A DNA stretch of 64,000 nt from Lama guanicoe. Taxonomy: Eukaryota. The position numbers were made by a program, and so were the translations under genes. This document shows, piece after piece, positions 42,430 to 55,700 of this stretch. Below the pieces are notes generated by a model that was given only the letters and a program-made list of their open reading frames with translations, was not told the origin of the DNA and ran no database searches. The stretch's first letter is position 1; each line of letters begins with the position of its first letter. Location of the stretch: contig MU053504.1 of assembly GCA_013239625.1 (NCBI GenBank), positions 1,800,001 to 1,864,000 on the forward strand, read 5' to 3'.

Positions 42430-43460
42430 CTTGTCTTTTTATTTTTGTTTTTACTCTCTGCTCATTTCTCAGTCCACTTTAATCGACAACCCCCAACAGT
42501 CATTCACTTAAACTGCTCTCGCAAAAGTCACCAATGCCTTTCATGTAGCATATAGCAAGTCCAGTGCAAAGTCTTCAGCCCGCCCTTCCTTGGTCTCTCA
42601 GAAGCACCTGACACTCTCCCCTTGCAAGAGCTGTTGCTTTCAGCGCACTGTTCTCCTCTGTATTCATAGGGTTTTACCATCTGGTAAAACAGCTATCTGT
42701 TTTCTCCCCTCCTCTCTCATGATTTGCTCCCTAAACCTGTTCCCCTTTCCCATCTTGCAGTAAATAAAACGCATTATCATCCATCAAGGGACTGAGCCAG
42801 GCCCGAGGCCTCCTTGACTTTTCCTGCTTCCTCACCCTCTAAATTCAATTAACTATCCAAATTCACTCCTGTCTGTCCAGTTCCCTCCATCCACATGGTC
42901 ATAAGCCTAGTCCGTATTGGCATCATTTCTTCCCTGGACAACTGCAATACTTCCTCATAGTTTCTCTGCTTCCACTCTACTCTCCTATAATCTGTTCTCC
43001 ACACTGCAGAAAGGACAATCTTTTAAACATTTATTTATTTCCAGGTGAAGGGCCGAATTCTTTCACAAGGCCAACAAGGACTTACACGGTCTGGCCTGAC
43101 CAAATTCTTTAGCTCCACTGAAGGCCACTCTCTCTCAACTCCCATACTCCAGCCAAACTCATCTTCTTTTATGTTCCTCACGTTCTCATCTCAAGACCAC
43201 TGCTATTTTCCTTTAATTATCTTTACTGATCATTCACATCTTCCCCAAGAGGTCACATTCTCCAGTGTAGTCTTCATGGTATCATGTTCTTTTCTCATTC
43301 AAGGAGCCAGAGTTTGCAATTACGCATTTCTTTGTGAGGTTGCTTGATTAATGTCTTATTGCTCCACCACACAACACACTTCATGAGGGCAGACACCATG
43401 TCTGGTTTATGTTTTAACCATGTATCTCTTGCTTGGTATGTCATATGTTCTCAATGAACA
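42430..43460 (+). mobile_element. L2 fragments
   Basis: aaactgctctcgcaaaagtcaccaatg..ctccctaaacctgttcc..tctgttctccacactgcag..ttcatgagggcagacacc. Confidence 0.65.
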
Positions 43461-43496
43461 TTCAGTGACTAAAGGATATTTTCAAAAGACAGTTTC

Positions 43497-43850
43497 TGCT
43501 ATGGATTGAACGCTGTGTCTTTCCCAAATTCATATGTTAAAATTCTAACCCCCAAAGTGATGGTATTAGGAGGCAGAGCCTTCGGGAGGTGATTAGGTCA
43601 TAAGGATGGAGCCATTATGAGTGGGATTATAAAAGAGGCTCTCATAAAAGAGATTCCAGAGACATACTTCGCCCTACGTGCCACGTGAGGTTTCAGTGAA
43701 ATGACAGCTGTCTAAGAGGAAGAGGGTCCTTACCAGACACCAAATCTGCCAGTGTCATGATCTTGGACTTCTCAGCCTTCAGAACTGTGAGGCCTCCAAA
43801 CTGCTCTTATAAGCTTCACAATCTATGGTATTTTTGTCATAGCAGCTAAG
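43497..43850 (+). mobile_element. MLT1A-like MaLR solo LTR
   Basis: tgctatggattgaa..aaattcatatgttaaaattctaacccccaaagtgatggtattaggagg..tcttggacttctcagccttcagaactgtgag. Confidence 0.85.
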
Positions 43851-44623
43851 ATAGTTTTCTTTATCCCATTCTTTTCCCCTAAATTACCCTTAGTGTATAT
43901 TGTGTGGAAATCCTTTGCATTTCTTTTCATTATTCTTAAAAATACTTCATCAAGTTCTAGGCAAACAGAGACTCTTAAAAGTAAACATGACTCTGATTTT
44001 AATTCTGATGCTTAATTCAAGTTAAGCGACACTGAGCAGAAAAAGATGACTTTTGAGTCCCAGCCAGGGTAGTCTGTCTCACTATCAGATTGGACTGGAA
44101 TTGGGGAAGAAAAGAAAAGGAAAGATCTACTCTCATTTATCCATCCAAGGAACCACCCCTGCTGAGCCCTCCTGATTATTGTGGCAAAAGAGGTGCTGAA
44201 GGAAACACTCTAAGAAAACAAATGCAGCAACTCTCATTGCTCCCATGCCTCCCTGGGGCTGGAGCTTTATGCCCAAGCCCTTTTATTACCCACAAGCCAC
44301 TGCTGATACCTGCCCAGCCCTTGGTCATTCTATTTCCTCTCACTTTGCTGGGCCATGGATGGAATAAAAAAATCCTTTCTTTAGATTTCAGCAAGCTACA
44401 ATGTTTTAAAAGCTAATTTAATATAAAGCTGGTTTTAACACAAAAATACAAAAGCAGTGAAACAGATAATTTTAAAGAGTATGGATTTCTTACAATGTCA
44501 TGACTAAAGTCAACCCATATTTTCCTGACTCCAGCTTCTGGACTTAGATGCTCTCCCATATCCACCCCCTTGTCAGCACCATTTTCTCTACTACCATTCA
44601 ACTATCTTTGCCAAGAATCTTAC

Positions 44624-44679
44624 CTATTTTCAGTTATATGACTGGAGATCATTCCATGACTGAAGTAACTTCTGAATGG
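44624..44679 (-). CDS. DNAAF9: DNAAF9 exon 6/25 (56 nt): PFRSYFSHGMISSHITEN(S)
   Basis: ttttgtag|CCA, AG|gtaaga; phase 0 to 2. Confidence 0.94.
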
Positions 44680-45853
44680 CTACAAAAGAAGCCAACGTTA
44701 TATATATTAAGATACAGTTTTATAAAACAATCACAAACCCCTCATATATGTATGTATACTGTCTGTGTGTGTGCGTGAGAGAGAGAGACACGTATGTTGA
44801 TAAATTGTTTTAAGAACATGGAAGGACATATGCGATGGATAAAAACATAAATTTTGGGGATAGACAGCAAACAAATACCAGCAAAGAAAAAAGATAAAAT
44901 GCTACAAAAGAAAAAAGAAAAGGAAGGTTAAAAAAAAGAAATTCTTGTCAGATTTTAGTTTTTAACTACTAAAAGGAAATTGGACCAACCACCATCTATG
45001 GGCCAAATTACTAACAACACAGGAATTTTTTTCCTGCTATTAGAAAATTTCCCCAACATTTCCAATAATTAGAATTATGTTAACTCTACAAACTAGAATA
45101 CATGTTAATTCTAGTATCAATGTAGACTAATTTAAAATCAGTGGTGAGGAAGAATCCAAGAAACTCTATGGGTATGTCACTACATCCTATTTTTAAATTA
45201 TTTAAATCTTTAAAAAAATTTTTAAAGATTTTTAAAAGATAAAAAGATAATTGACTCTTTAAATAAAAATAATAGCAATATACTGCGGGATATATAACAT
45301 AATGTAAAAGTAAACTGCATGACAACAAAGATCAACTCCAGTTTCAAAGATCCGGGGTAAGGCTTGTCCTGAGTCATTGCGCAACACAGAAGAACTGAGG
45401 ACTGGCAGTGCAAGCCCAAAGTAGGCTCAAGGGCAAGATCAAGATCTCTCTTTTGATCCTTCCTGTTGCCGTGGTTCTTGATTTACACACCTCAGTTTAC
45501 TCATGGAGTGGGTCTTAGCCCAAACTAGTAACTTCACTATTGCTTGCCCAGAAAGCAAGCTTGGCTTTACCTAGAGGTTGTGCTATTCACATGTGGAGAA
45601 TTACTCCTAGGCTTATTAACTGGTGTTCAACAGGATTCCTGGTTGACAGAGGTACCACTTCTGAAAAATGAGTATCCTTCTTGTAGAGAAGCTGGCACAG
45701 AAAAAACCCAACTTCTCATACAGGGGTTAGCATGGGAGTTAAAAACTTCTTTACAGCATGCAACAAAGCTTAAGGAAATAATAACCAAATTAGGGTTAGT
45801 AGTGTTGTATTCTGAAAAAAAAATTAACAAAAATAAAAACAATAAATAAGTTA

Positions 45854-45994
<141 letters not shown>

Positions 45995-46199
45995 CTAGAA
46001 AGAAAGTGAAAAAAGATACTGTGTTTGATCACTTAAGGAAGTACTTTAGAAAACCAGAATTATGAAACTGCATTTCAAAATACCAGACCACATAAATATG
46101 TCATTTAAAAGACTAACCACAGATCTTCAATGTCTGTCCAAGTCTTTTGTTCTCAGATCCACTCCCTATTTCCAGCTGCCATCAAATTTTAGCAGTGGA

Positions 46200-46420
46200 A
46201 GCATGATTAGATTCAGAAAGACTTGTGCTGGAAACTTTGCTCTGCCTCTTACTAGTTGTGTGGTCTTAGCAAGGAAATTCACCTGAGCTTCAAATGCCTT
46301 ATGTGAGTAACAGGAGGATTATCACTTACCTTACAGAGATATTATAGGAATTAAATGAAATAACCTAGATAAATAGAAAGTGCTCATTACCAGGCCTTGC
46401 ATACTACAGGTCTGCAGTAC
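46200..46420 (+). mobile_element. MIR SINE
   Basis: ctctgcctcttactagttgtgtggtctt..acttaccttacagag..aattaaatgaaataa..aaagtgct. Confidence 0.65.
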
Positions 46421-48067
46421 TTGTCAACTTCTCTGCCTCTACTGTCGGCTAGCCGGTGGTGGCTAAGAACATCTGAGCCACCCGCTTGACTTCCTTCCAT
46501 TTGTCTGCTCTCTCTAGCAGACACCCATAATGTACATCACTGGCCTCAGGGAAGTCACATCTGAGACTGTGCACCCCACTGTGGGTCTGTGCCTTGCCTG
46601 CTTGGCTCTGTCCAATCTTTTCGGGGTAATACCAGAATGCTTCATTTTGTAAGCCTCAGAAAAACAAAAAGAATCAACATAGCTATTGGTACAGAATACA
46701 CTTTGTTTTTCAATTCTATTTAGAAACAAACTCAGAAGTATGTTTCCATTTTAATGGCCTACATGGTGACATCCATTTTGGCTTGGATCTCTGACAAGAA
46801 GCAGAGTTATACAGTTGAGCAGCAGCCATTCTCTGGCCCTGTTCTAGGTGAAAAACACTGTGTGCTTTGGGGGATACACAGAAGAAGACAGGCACTTTGC
46901 TCCCAAAAAACTTCTCCAACGGAAGTGGATATGTCAGTACTAATTATCGAATAAGGTGGAATGAATCATTAAACGTTGCTTTCAGCTCTATGCTATGACT
47001 AAAATGGAAGACAAAATGAATTATTGCTCAGAAAATAACTATCACTATATAGGAAATGTTCATATATATATTTAAATCTTCCTAATATCCTTGTGTACCT
47101 ATGTCCACTTTATAGATGAGGTGACTGAGACAATGAAGAGTAAAGTGATCTGAGGAGGCAATACTAACAAGAGCGAGAGTGAATATACATCTAGGTAAGA
47201 GATATCCAACGCCTGTGCACTTTGCACTAGACATACCATTCTCCAACTGTTACCCAGCAAAACCAGTGCATCTGTGGAAATGGATACTCTGTGATGAGGT
47301 GGAACTGCTTAGTTGAATCTGATGATGAAGAAGGGAAAGTCTATCTTCTCAGACTCCTCAAGGCCAAATTTAGAAGACAGGCCCAGATAGACTTCAAGGT
47401 CAGGTAAGCAGCAAAAATCTGCAACCCCCAGAAACATGCCACTGTGTCTTGGCCCTTGGCCACAAGGGAAGAACCCTGAACTTTAGACAGACCTCTTGGC
47501 CCTAGGCTGCCATCCAGTAGTATCTGCTCTCAGGTGACTCAGAGGGAGAAAAGGAGCTTAACTCCAATATTTAAAAGTATTTTTATGAATTTATGAATTA
47601 CATGATGTAATAAAAGAAAATGAAAATAAGTAAAATAATGAAAACAACCAGTAAAGACTACCATCTGAAGTTTCTAAGACACAGAAACACAAATTATTTT
47701 ACAAAGATGGAAGTAGATTCTGCTTTCTATTTTTTTCACCAAACATTTTGAACATCTTTCTAAATCAAATCTCAAGAGTAGTCTGCATTTCCTCTCTATG
47801 GAATTGGACCAAGAAGCACTGGCTCTCTGGCCATCAAAGAGTTGCCAGCAGAGACTGGCAGTAGGAATTAAGGCCTGTGGGCAGGCCGTATATATACCGT
47901 TCTCTTTCCACACAGCTTTCCATGACCACTGAGAGTCACTACTGAGTTGCTAAAACAAAGTACCTACTCCTTAGTTTTGTTTGTTGCTCCTCATTGCAAA
48001 TTGCTCCACCCACCCTGAATTTATTCTTCGAAGTTAAGATGAAAAATTAATACCTCATCTTTCAATC

Positions 48068-48255
48068 CAGGAGTCAGCAAATTATGGCCTGTGGGCAGGC
48101 CATATATTTTTGAAAATAAAGTTTGCTTAAACAGAGACACACACTTTCGGTAAAGCACTGTCTATAATGGCATTGTTAGGTAGTTCCAACAGAGCACAAG
48201 GCCCAAAGCCTAAAATATTACTATCTACTCCTTTACAGAGAAACTTCAACCTGTC
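48068..48255 (+). mobile_element. MER58A-like DNA transposon
   Basis: caggagtcagcaaattatggcctgtggg..aataaagttt..aaagcctaaaatattactatct..ctttacagag. Confidence 0.7.
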
Positions 48256-48604
48256 TAATCCTTGATTCCTTTAAAGCATACACCAATTTTTTAACTCTTT
48301 TTACACCAGAGAAAGTGCAAAAAGGCACCCTCTGTACTATTTTTCTGAAGTCCAGCCCAATAGAAACAATGTCTTCAGGTGAAAACCTAAACCTTGGACC
48401 AGGCAGGCAGCCTCGTTCTCACCTCAGGTGAGGTTTCCTCAGAGTGGAAGAGGTAGTAGCACTTTTCCTGGTCCTCTTCCACTCCCAAGGAGTTCAAGAT
48501 AGCAATCAGGGAAGCGACTGCTCAATTCTTCGGCTAAAACCAACTAAAATATATCCTGCGTTCCTTAATACATTAGTAGATAACTGAGCTGGTTGTAATA
48601 TTTA

Positions 48605-48709
<105 letters not shown>

Positions 48710-49579
48710 CTATAACACAAGGGCAAAAACAATCAAATAACTGAGTCAGTATCATTAGGACTATCAGAATTATTTTCTGACACTGAGAAGTTACTATCTT
48801 GGTGAAAACTCAGTGATTAGAACAATAAATCAAACTTTATTAATTGTATGAGAACCTATACATATTAAAAAATGCTATCCCATTCAAGGAAACTATCTTT
48901 TCAGAAACGTTGGTACATCTTCCGAATATCTTCAATGCTAGGCATATATATATTTACATACATACAGATATATAATTTTCATCTTTGTTTAAAATCAAAG
49001 TTTAATTAAAATAACACATTTCTATAGTTTAAAAAAAAATCAAATACTAGTACTAAAGGCTTGTAATAAAAAACATTTAATCCCCTACTCCAACCTTTCA
49101 CAAGCCTCCACTAGCCTCAATCCTCAGAGCCAACCACGTTGAATTCTTTTAACACTTTCTTTCTGGTAATTATCTCCGTATTTTGATGTAATAAGCTCAA
49201 ACCCTACTTCTTGATTTATCAATTTAGAAATTAAATATTGACTTATGGCAAAGATGTAGTTCTTCTATGCTCGTCCCCACTCTCACACCTCTTCTCTACA
49301 TACACATAACACACTTTAACATTATCTAATATCATAATATGACTTTTTTGTTAAACCAGTAGTTACTGTTTATAACATTAAAGACATATTTATCTATATC
49401 TGTTTCTATATAATTTACTGCAGGCCAAGTACATACCATATTCCTATCTGCTTTCTTAAACAAATTGTTTTTCCTAGAGCTACCAACAGCTTCACTTTTT
49501 TCACTTGTGTAATATTAAAAAAAAATCAATCCTACAATTTTCTTCTAACTTCCCCCACTTAATTTGCTGGTATGCTTTT

Positions 49580-49808
49580 ATGCGGGTTTATAAACAGCAA
49601 CACTATTGTCATTTTGGGTCAGTTATGTCTTTGTTGCAAGGGGCTGCCCAGTGCACGTAGCAGGCTTAGCAACATCCCTGGCTTCTGCTTACTAGATGCC
49701 TCAACACCCCTCTGTCCAGGCAAACCGAAAGTATGTCCAAATACTGCCAAATGACTTGCAGAGAGGGTGGAGATGGGGCAGCAAAATCATCCCAATTGAG
49801 AACCACTG
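49580..49808 (+). mobile_element. MER20-like DNA transposon
   Basis: ttagcaacatccctggc..actagatgcc..actgccaaatg..ttgagaaccactg. Confidence 0.75.
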
Positions 49809-49899
49809 GCCTAAAAGTATTAGATAATCTATCAATTTTTTTTCTTCTTCTTGCTTCATTATGGTCTTGCTGTTATGTAAGCTTGCTGTGCACCTGTAA

Positions 49900-51950
49900 C
49901 TATCATTTTGAGACTTCTCTTTGGTGTCATCCTGGAGCTCTCACATGATGGATCTGGTTCCATTGTTTACTTGTCTCCTTATTTTAACCTCTTTGTTTGC
50001 TGGAGCACATCCTCCAATAGCTTTCTAAGAAAGGATTAATGGGAGGAATTTTTGTTTGTTTGTTTTAAAATGTATTCTGTCCTTATGCCTGATTTGTCAA
50101 TCACTGATGCTCTTTCCATTCTTTTGGATTCTTTAGTCTTCCTGTGCTTCATCTTAGATAGTTTCTACTACTATCAATTCAAATTCACTAATCTTTTCTT
50201 TGGCAGGTTAATGCCATCTAGTGTATTTTTCCTCTTAGATATTGCAGTTTTCACTCCTACAAGTTCAATTTTGGTCTCTTTTTTTTGTCTGTTCCTGTTT
50301 AACATGTTCAATCTTTCTTCTAGCTTTGTGAACATATGGAATACAGTTAGAGAAACTTTTAATGCCCTTGCCTTCTAATTCTAACATTTCTGTCAATTCT
50401 AGGTCAGTTGCGATTACCTTATTATCAGTCATGTTTTCCCGCTTCTTGGTTAACTGATAACCTTTGGATGCCAGATATTGTGAACTTTGCCTTCTTGGGA
50501 GCCAGATATTTTTGTATTCCTATAAATATTTTTGTGCTTTGTTCTGGAATGCATTTAAGTTACTTGGAAACTGTTTGATCCTTTCAGGTCTTGCTTGTAC
50601 AAATTGTTCGGAGGATCCAGAGCAGTGCTCAGACTAGGGTTGAATGATTATTCCCCACTACTGAGACAAAACCCTCCTGAGGACTCTATCCAATGCCCTG
50701 TGAATTATGCATTTTTTCAGTCTGATGAGAATAGGCACTATTCCCAGCTCTGACCCACTGTTCTGGAGTACTTCGAGATTTTTCTTCCAGCAGTTACCTC
50801 ACACATGAATGTACTGACAATAATCTGTTGAATACTTGGATTATGGGTCAAGGAATGGGGGGAAGAGAAATCTTGGCAGATCTTGGGAGTTCTGTCTTTG
50901 GGCTTTTCCTTCCTCTTTAGTACGCCAGCTCCTTGGCTTCACCAGACTCTCAGCTGCAACTACTCAGCTCAGGAAGTGCACTGAGATCCACTTGGGTACC
51001 CCCACTGTGCCATGGCCTGGACATTTTCTCAAAGTGCAGCTGATCCTTGAATAACCTGGGGCTTAGGGGCACTGACCCTCTGTGCAGTAGAAAAATCCAT
51101 GTGTAACTCTTACAGTCAGCCCTCTGTACATGCAGCTCTGCATCCACAGTTCTGCATCTGTGGATTCCACCAACTGCGGACTGTGGTACAGTATGGCACT
51201 ATCGTCTACTAAAAAAACCTGCATATAAGTGGACCTTTGCAGTTCAGAACCATGCTGTTCAAGTGTCAACTGTAGGAACCTGGGAAACTGCGAGGCTCAC
51301 CTCGTGAGAGATTTCTATCTCTCAGGGAATCACTATTCTTCATTGATGTCTAGTGTCTTGAAAACCAATGCTTCACATATCTTGTTTGATGTTTGTTTTG
51401 GTTGGGGAAGGAGAGAAATCAGGTTCTTGTTGTCTTATTGTAGGTCACTTATTTTTCCTTCCTGAAAGCTTTTTATGATATTCTTCAATCTTTAGTGCTC
51501 AAAAAAGGCATAGAAAGATTTAAGGTTTTTTTCCTTCTCACCCACACTTGCTAAGAGATTTAACTTAAAAGCTTTTTTATTTCTCTTTATCACTGGACAT
51601 GTTTATTTACTTATTTTTTTAAATTTCTTTCTTTCTTGTATCTCTGCGCCAGAAAGATTCTGGAACTCCTACTTACTGGGTATCAGACCTTGTGGATTAG
51701 TTTTCTATGACTTTAAAGTTCGTTCTCATATTTTCTATCTCTATGATTTCTAAAATTTGACATTTTTAGATTTTCCTAACTTTACCCCTCAACTCCTCTG
51801 TTAATTTTATCAATTATAATTTTCCAGCGCTCATATTTTGCTTACACTCATTTATCACAATATAACATTTGTTCCACGGTTACCAAATAAATTTTACACT
51901 TCTCTGAGCAACCTAAGAGTTTTGTCTTAAGCTTTTCTCTATATCTTAAA
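49900..51950 (-). mobile_element. Very old L1M remnant region (T-rich, fragmented)
   Basis: caaattcactaatc, ggatgccagatattgtgaactt..gccagatatttttgtattcctataaatatt motifs typical of L1M 5'/ORF1 antisense. Confidence 0.6.
51037..51272 (+). mobile_element. Tigger-derived MITE (MER8-like)
   Basis: TIRs cagctgatccttgaa ... ttcaagtgtcaactg followed by TA. Confidence 0.8.
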
Positions 51951-51965
51951 TTATCTTAGAGTCTT

Positions 51966-52090
51966 TTTTGGGAGGGATGGTAATTAGGTTTGTTTGTTTG
52001 TTTGTTTTTAATGGCAGTACTAGGGATTGAACCCAGGACCTTTGTGCATACTAAGCATGCACTCTACCACTGAGCTATACCCTCCCCCTT
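51966..52090 (-). mobile_element. tRNA-derived camelid-type SINE (Vic-1-like)
   Basis: Minus strand ggggagggtatagctcagtggtagag (A box)..ggttcaatcc (B box)..aaacctaattacc; TSD tcttagagtctt (51954-51965) / tctttgagtctt (52091-52102). Confidence 0.88.
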
Positions 52091-52706
52091 TCTTTGAGTC
52101 TTATTCAATCAGATTTTTAAAAAAATCTTGATCTTTTTCTCTCAGGTTACAGGTACTTAATCAAACGTCTGGTGATTTTCATTGCCTGTTTATATTTTCA
52201 AAAGGAAAGGCTGATTGGAAGCTTTCTGCTTTCAGCAGAGCTTGTCAACTATGAGGAAGTTTTTTAGGGAGAGTAGATGGGCAGGAGGCAATTATTACAG
52301 GATCCCTATTCCCTCATATCCTAAATTCCAAAGTGTAGAGAGCTTTACGCTCAGGCGTCAAAAGCTACACCAGACAATGAGTTCTCTTTGTTTTCTCTTG
52401 TTTTTTCAGTTTCTATGGAGAACCCTGACCCATTCACCTTGTTCCCCGTTCTTCCTAGGGTGGAGAAGGCAGCTGGTAAATGTCTGGTTGCCTGTCACTT
52501 GGGGATGAGGGAGGACAACAAAGACTATTACATAACCTTCAATTAATCCCTTCATTTTTAATATCACGTTTCCATTCTCTATCCTCCATTTTACTACTTT
52601 CTTCCCATCGATTTAATCTATTGGTTTCTTCCTCTGCACTCTGGAACAGTTTTACAAGTGTGTCAACTGATTAATTTTGAGGGGGCACTGAATTTGACTT
52701 CTATTT

Positions 52707-55700
52707 ATTTTTAATTGAACTATAGTTGATGTACAAAATTGTACATTACAGATGTATAATACAGTTATTCACAATTTTTAAAGGTTATACTGCATTTATA
52801 GTTATTATAAAGTATTGGCCATATTCCCTGTGTTGCACAATATATCCTTGCAGCTTATTTTAAACATACTGCTTTGTATCTCTTAATCCCCTACCCCTAT
52901 GCTGCCCCCTTCCTTCCCCCTCCCCACTGGTAACCACTACTTTATTCTTTGTGCTTTTTTGAGTCTGCTACTTTTTTGTTATATTCGTTGGTTGGTTGTA
53001 TTTTTAAGATTCTACATATAAGTGATATCATACAATATTTGTCTTTCTTTGTCTGACTTATTTCACTTAGTATAATACCCTCAAAGTCCATCCATGTTGT
53101 CGCAAATGGCAAAATTTCATTCTGTTTTATGACCGAGCAGTCTTCCACTGTGTATATATACCATATCTTCTTTCTCCATTCAGCTGTTGACGGTTGCTTC
53201 CGTATGGCTGTTGTAAATAATGCTGCTATGAACAATGGGGTGCATGTATCTTTTCAAATTAGTGTTTTTGTTTTTTTCGCATATATACCCAGGAGTAGAA
53301 ATGCTGGGTCATATGGTAGTTTTATTTTTAGTTTTTTGAGAACCCTCCATACTGTTTTCCACAGCAGCTGCACCGATTTATATTCCTACCAACAGTGTAC
53401 AAGGGTTCCTTTTTTCCACATCCATGCCAATACTTGCTATTTGTTGTTTTTTTGATGAGTCATTCTAACAGGTGTGAGGTGGTATCTTACTGTGGTTTTG
53501 ATTTGCATTTCCCTGATTAGTGATGTTGAGCATCTTTTAATGCGTCTGTTAGAAAAATCTTTAGATTAATTGTCTATTCAGGTCTTCCGGACATTTTTTA
53601 ATCAGGTTGTTTGTTTTTGAGGTTGAGTTGTATAAGTTGTTTACATATTTTGGATATTAACCCCTTACTGGTCACATAATTTGCAAATATTTTTTTCATT
53701 CAGTAGGTTATCCTTTTGTTTTGTGGATGGTTTCCTTTGCCATGCCAAAGCTTCTAAGTTTAATTAGGTCCCATTTATTTATTTTTGCTTTTATTTCTTT
53801 GCTTTAGGAGACAGATCCAAAAAATATTGCTATGATTTACATCAAAGAGTATTCTGCCTATGTTTTCCTCTAGGAGTTTTATGCTTTCCAGACTTACACT
53901 TAGGTCTTCAATCCATTTGGAGTTTATTTTTTTATATGTTGTTAGAGAATGTTCTAATTTCATTCTTTTATATGCAGCTGTCCAGTTATCCCAGCACCAC
54001 TTATTGAAGAGACCGTCTTTTCTTCGTTGTATATTCTTGCCTCCTTTGTCATAGTTTAATTGACCATAAGTGTGTGGGTCTATTTACACGCTCTCTATTC
54101 TGTTCCACTGCTCTATGTGTCTGTTTTCATGCCAGCACCATCTAGGTTTTTTGTTTGTTTGTTTGTTTGACTGTAGCTTTGTATTAAAGTCTGAAGTCAG
54201 GGAGCATGATTCTTCCAGCTCTGTACTTCTCAAGATTGTTTTGGCTATTTGGGGTCTTTTGTGTTTCCACACAAATTTTAAAATAATTTGCTCTAGTTCT
54301 ACAAAAAATGCCAATGGTATTTTGATGGAGATTGCATTCAATCTGTATATTGCCGTGGTAGTATGGTCATTTTAACATCATTTCTTCCAATCCACCTGTT
54401 TGTGTCATCTTTAATTTCTTTCATCAGTGTCTTACAGTTTTCTGAGTACAGGTCTTTTACCTTCTTAGGTAGGTTTATTCCAAGGTATTTTGTTCTTGAT
54501 GCAATGGTAAATGGGATTGTCTCTATAATTTCTTTTTCTTACAGTTCTTTGTTAGTATATAGAAATGCAACAGATTTCCGTGTATTAATTTTGTATCCTG
54601 CTTTACTGAACTCACTGATGAGCTGTAGCAGTTTAGAATTTTCTATGTTCAGAATCATGTCATCTGCAAACACTGATAGTTTTACATCTTCCTTTTCCAT
54701 TTGGATTCCTTCTATTTCTTTTTCTTGTCTGATTGCTGTGTCTAGGACTTCCAATATTATGATGAATAAAAGTGGTTAGAGTGGACATCCTTGTCTTGTT
54801 CCTGACCTTAAAGGAAATGCTTTCAGCCATTCACAGTTGAATATGATGCTAGCTGTGGGTTTGTCATATGAAGCCCTTATTATGTTGAGGTATGTTCCCC
54901 CTATGCCCACTTCCTAGAGAGTTTTTATCATAAATATGTTGAATTTTGTCAAAAGCTTTTTCTGCATTTGTTGAGATTATCATATGGTTTTTATTCTTCA
55001 ACTTGTTAATGTGGTGTATCATGCTGCCTTATTTGCAGATATTGAAAACTCCTTGCATCCTTGGGATAAATCTCACTTGACCATGGTGTATGATCCTTTT
55101 AATGCATTGTTGGGTTTGGTTTGCTAACATTTTGTTGAGGATTTTTCCATCTAGGTTAATCAGTGATACAGGCCTGTTTTTTGTGTATGTGTGTGGTGAT
55201 ATTTTTGTTTGGTTTTGGTATGAGAGTGATGCTGGCCTCACAGAATGATTTCAGAAGTGTCCCATTCTCTGCAATTTTTTGGAATACTTTGAAAAGGATA
55301 GGTGTTAACTCTTATTTAAATGTGTGGTAGAATTCATTTGTGAAGTCATTTTGTTCTGGACTTTTGTTTGTTGGGAGTTTTTAAATTACTGATTCAATTT
55401 CATTACTGGTAATTGATCCGCTCATATCTTCTATTCCTTCCTGGTTCAGTCTTGGGAGACTGTACATTTCCAAGAATTTGTCCATTTGTTCTAGGTTGTG
55501 CATTTTATTGGCATATAATTGTTTGTAGTAGTCTCTTAGGATCCTTTGTATTTCAGTGGTGTTGGTTACAACTTCTCCTTTTTCATTTCTGATTTTATTG
55601 ATTTGGGCCCTCTCCCTTTTTTTCTTGATGAGTCTGGTTAAAGGTTTATCAATTTTGTTTATCTTTTCAAAGAACGAGCTTTCAGTATCATCGATCTTTT

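Noticed and set aside
52015..52088. tRNA-like sequence with A and B boxes
   Set aside because: Head of a SINE with family tail and TSD; not a tRNA gene
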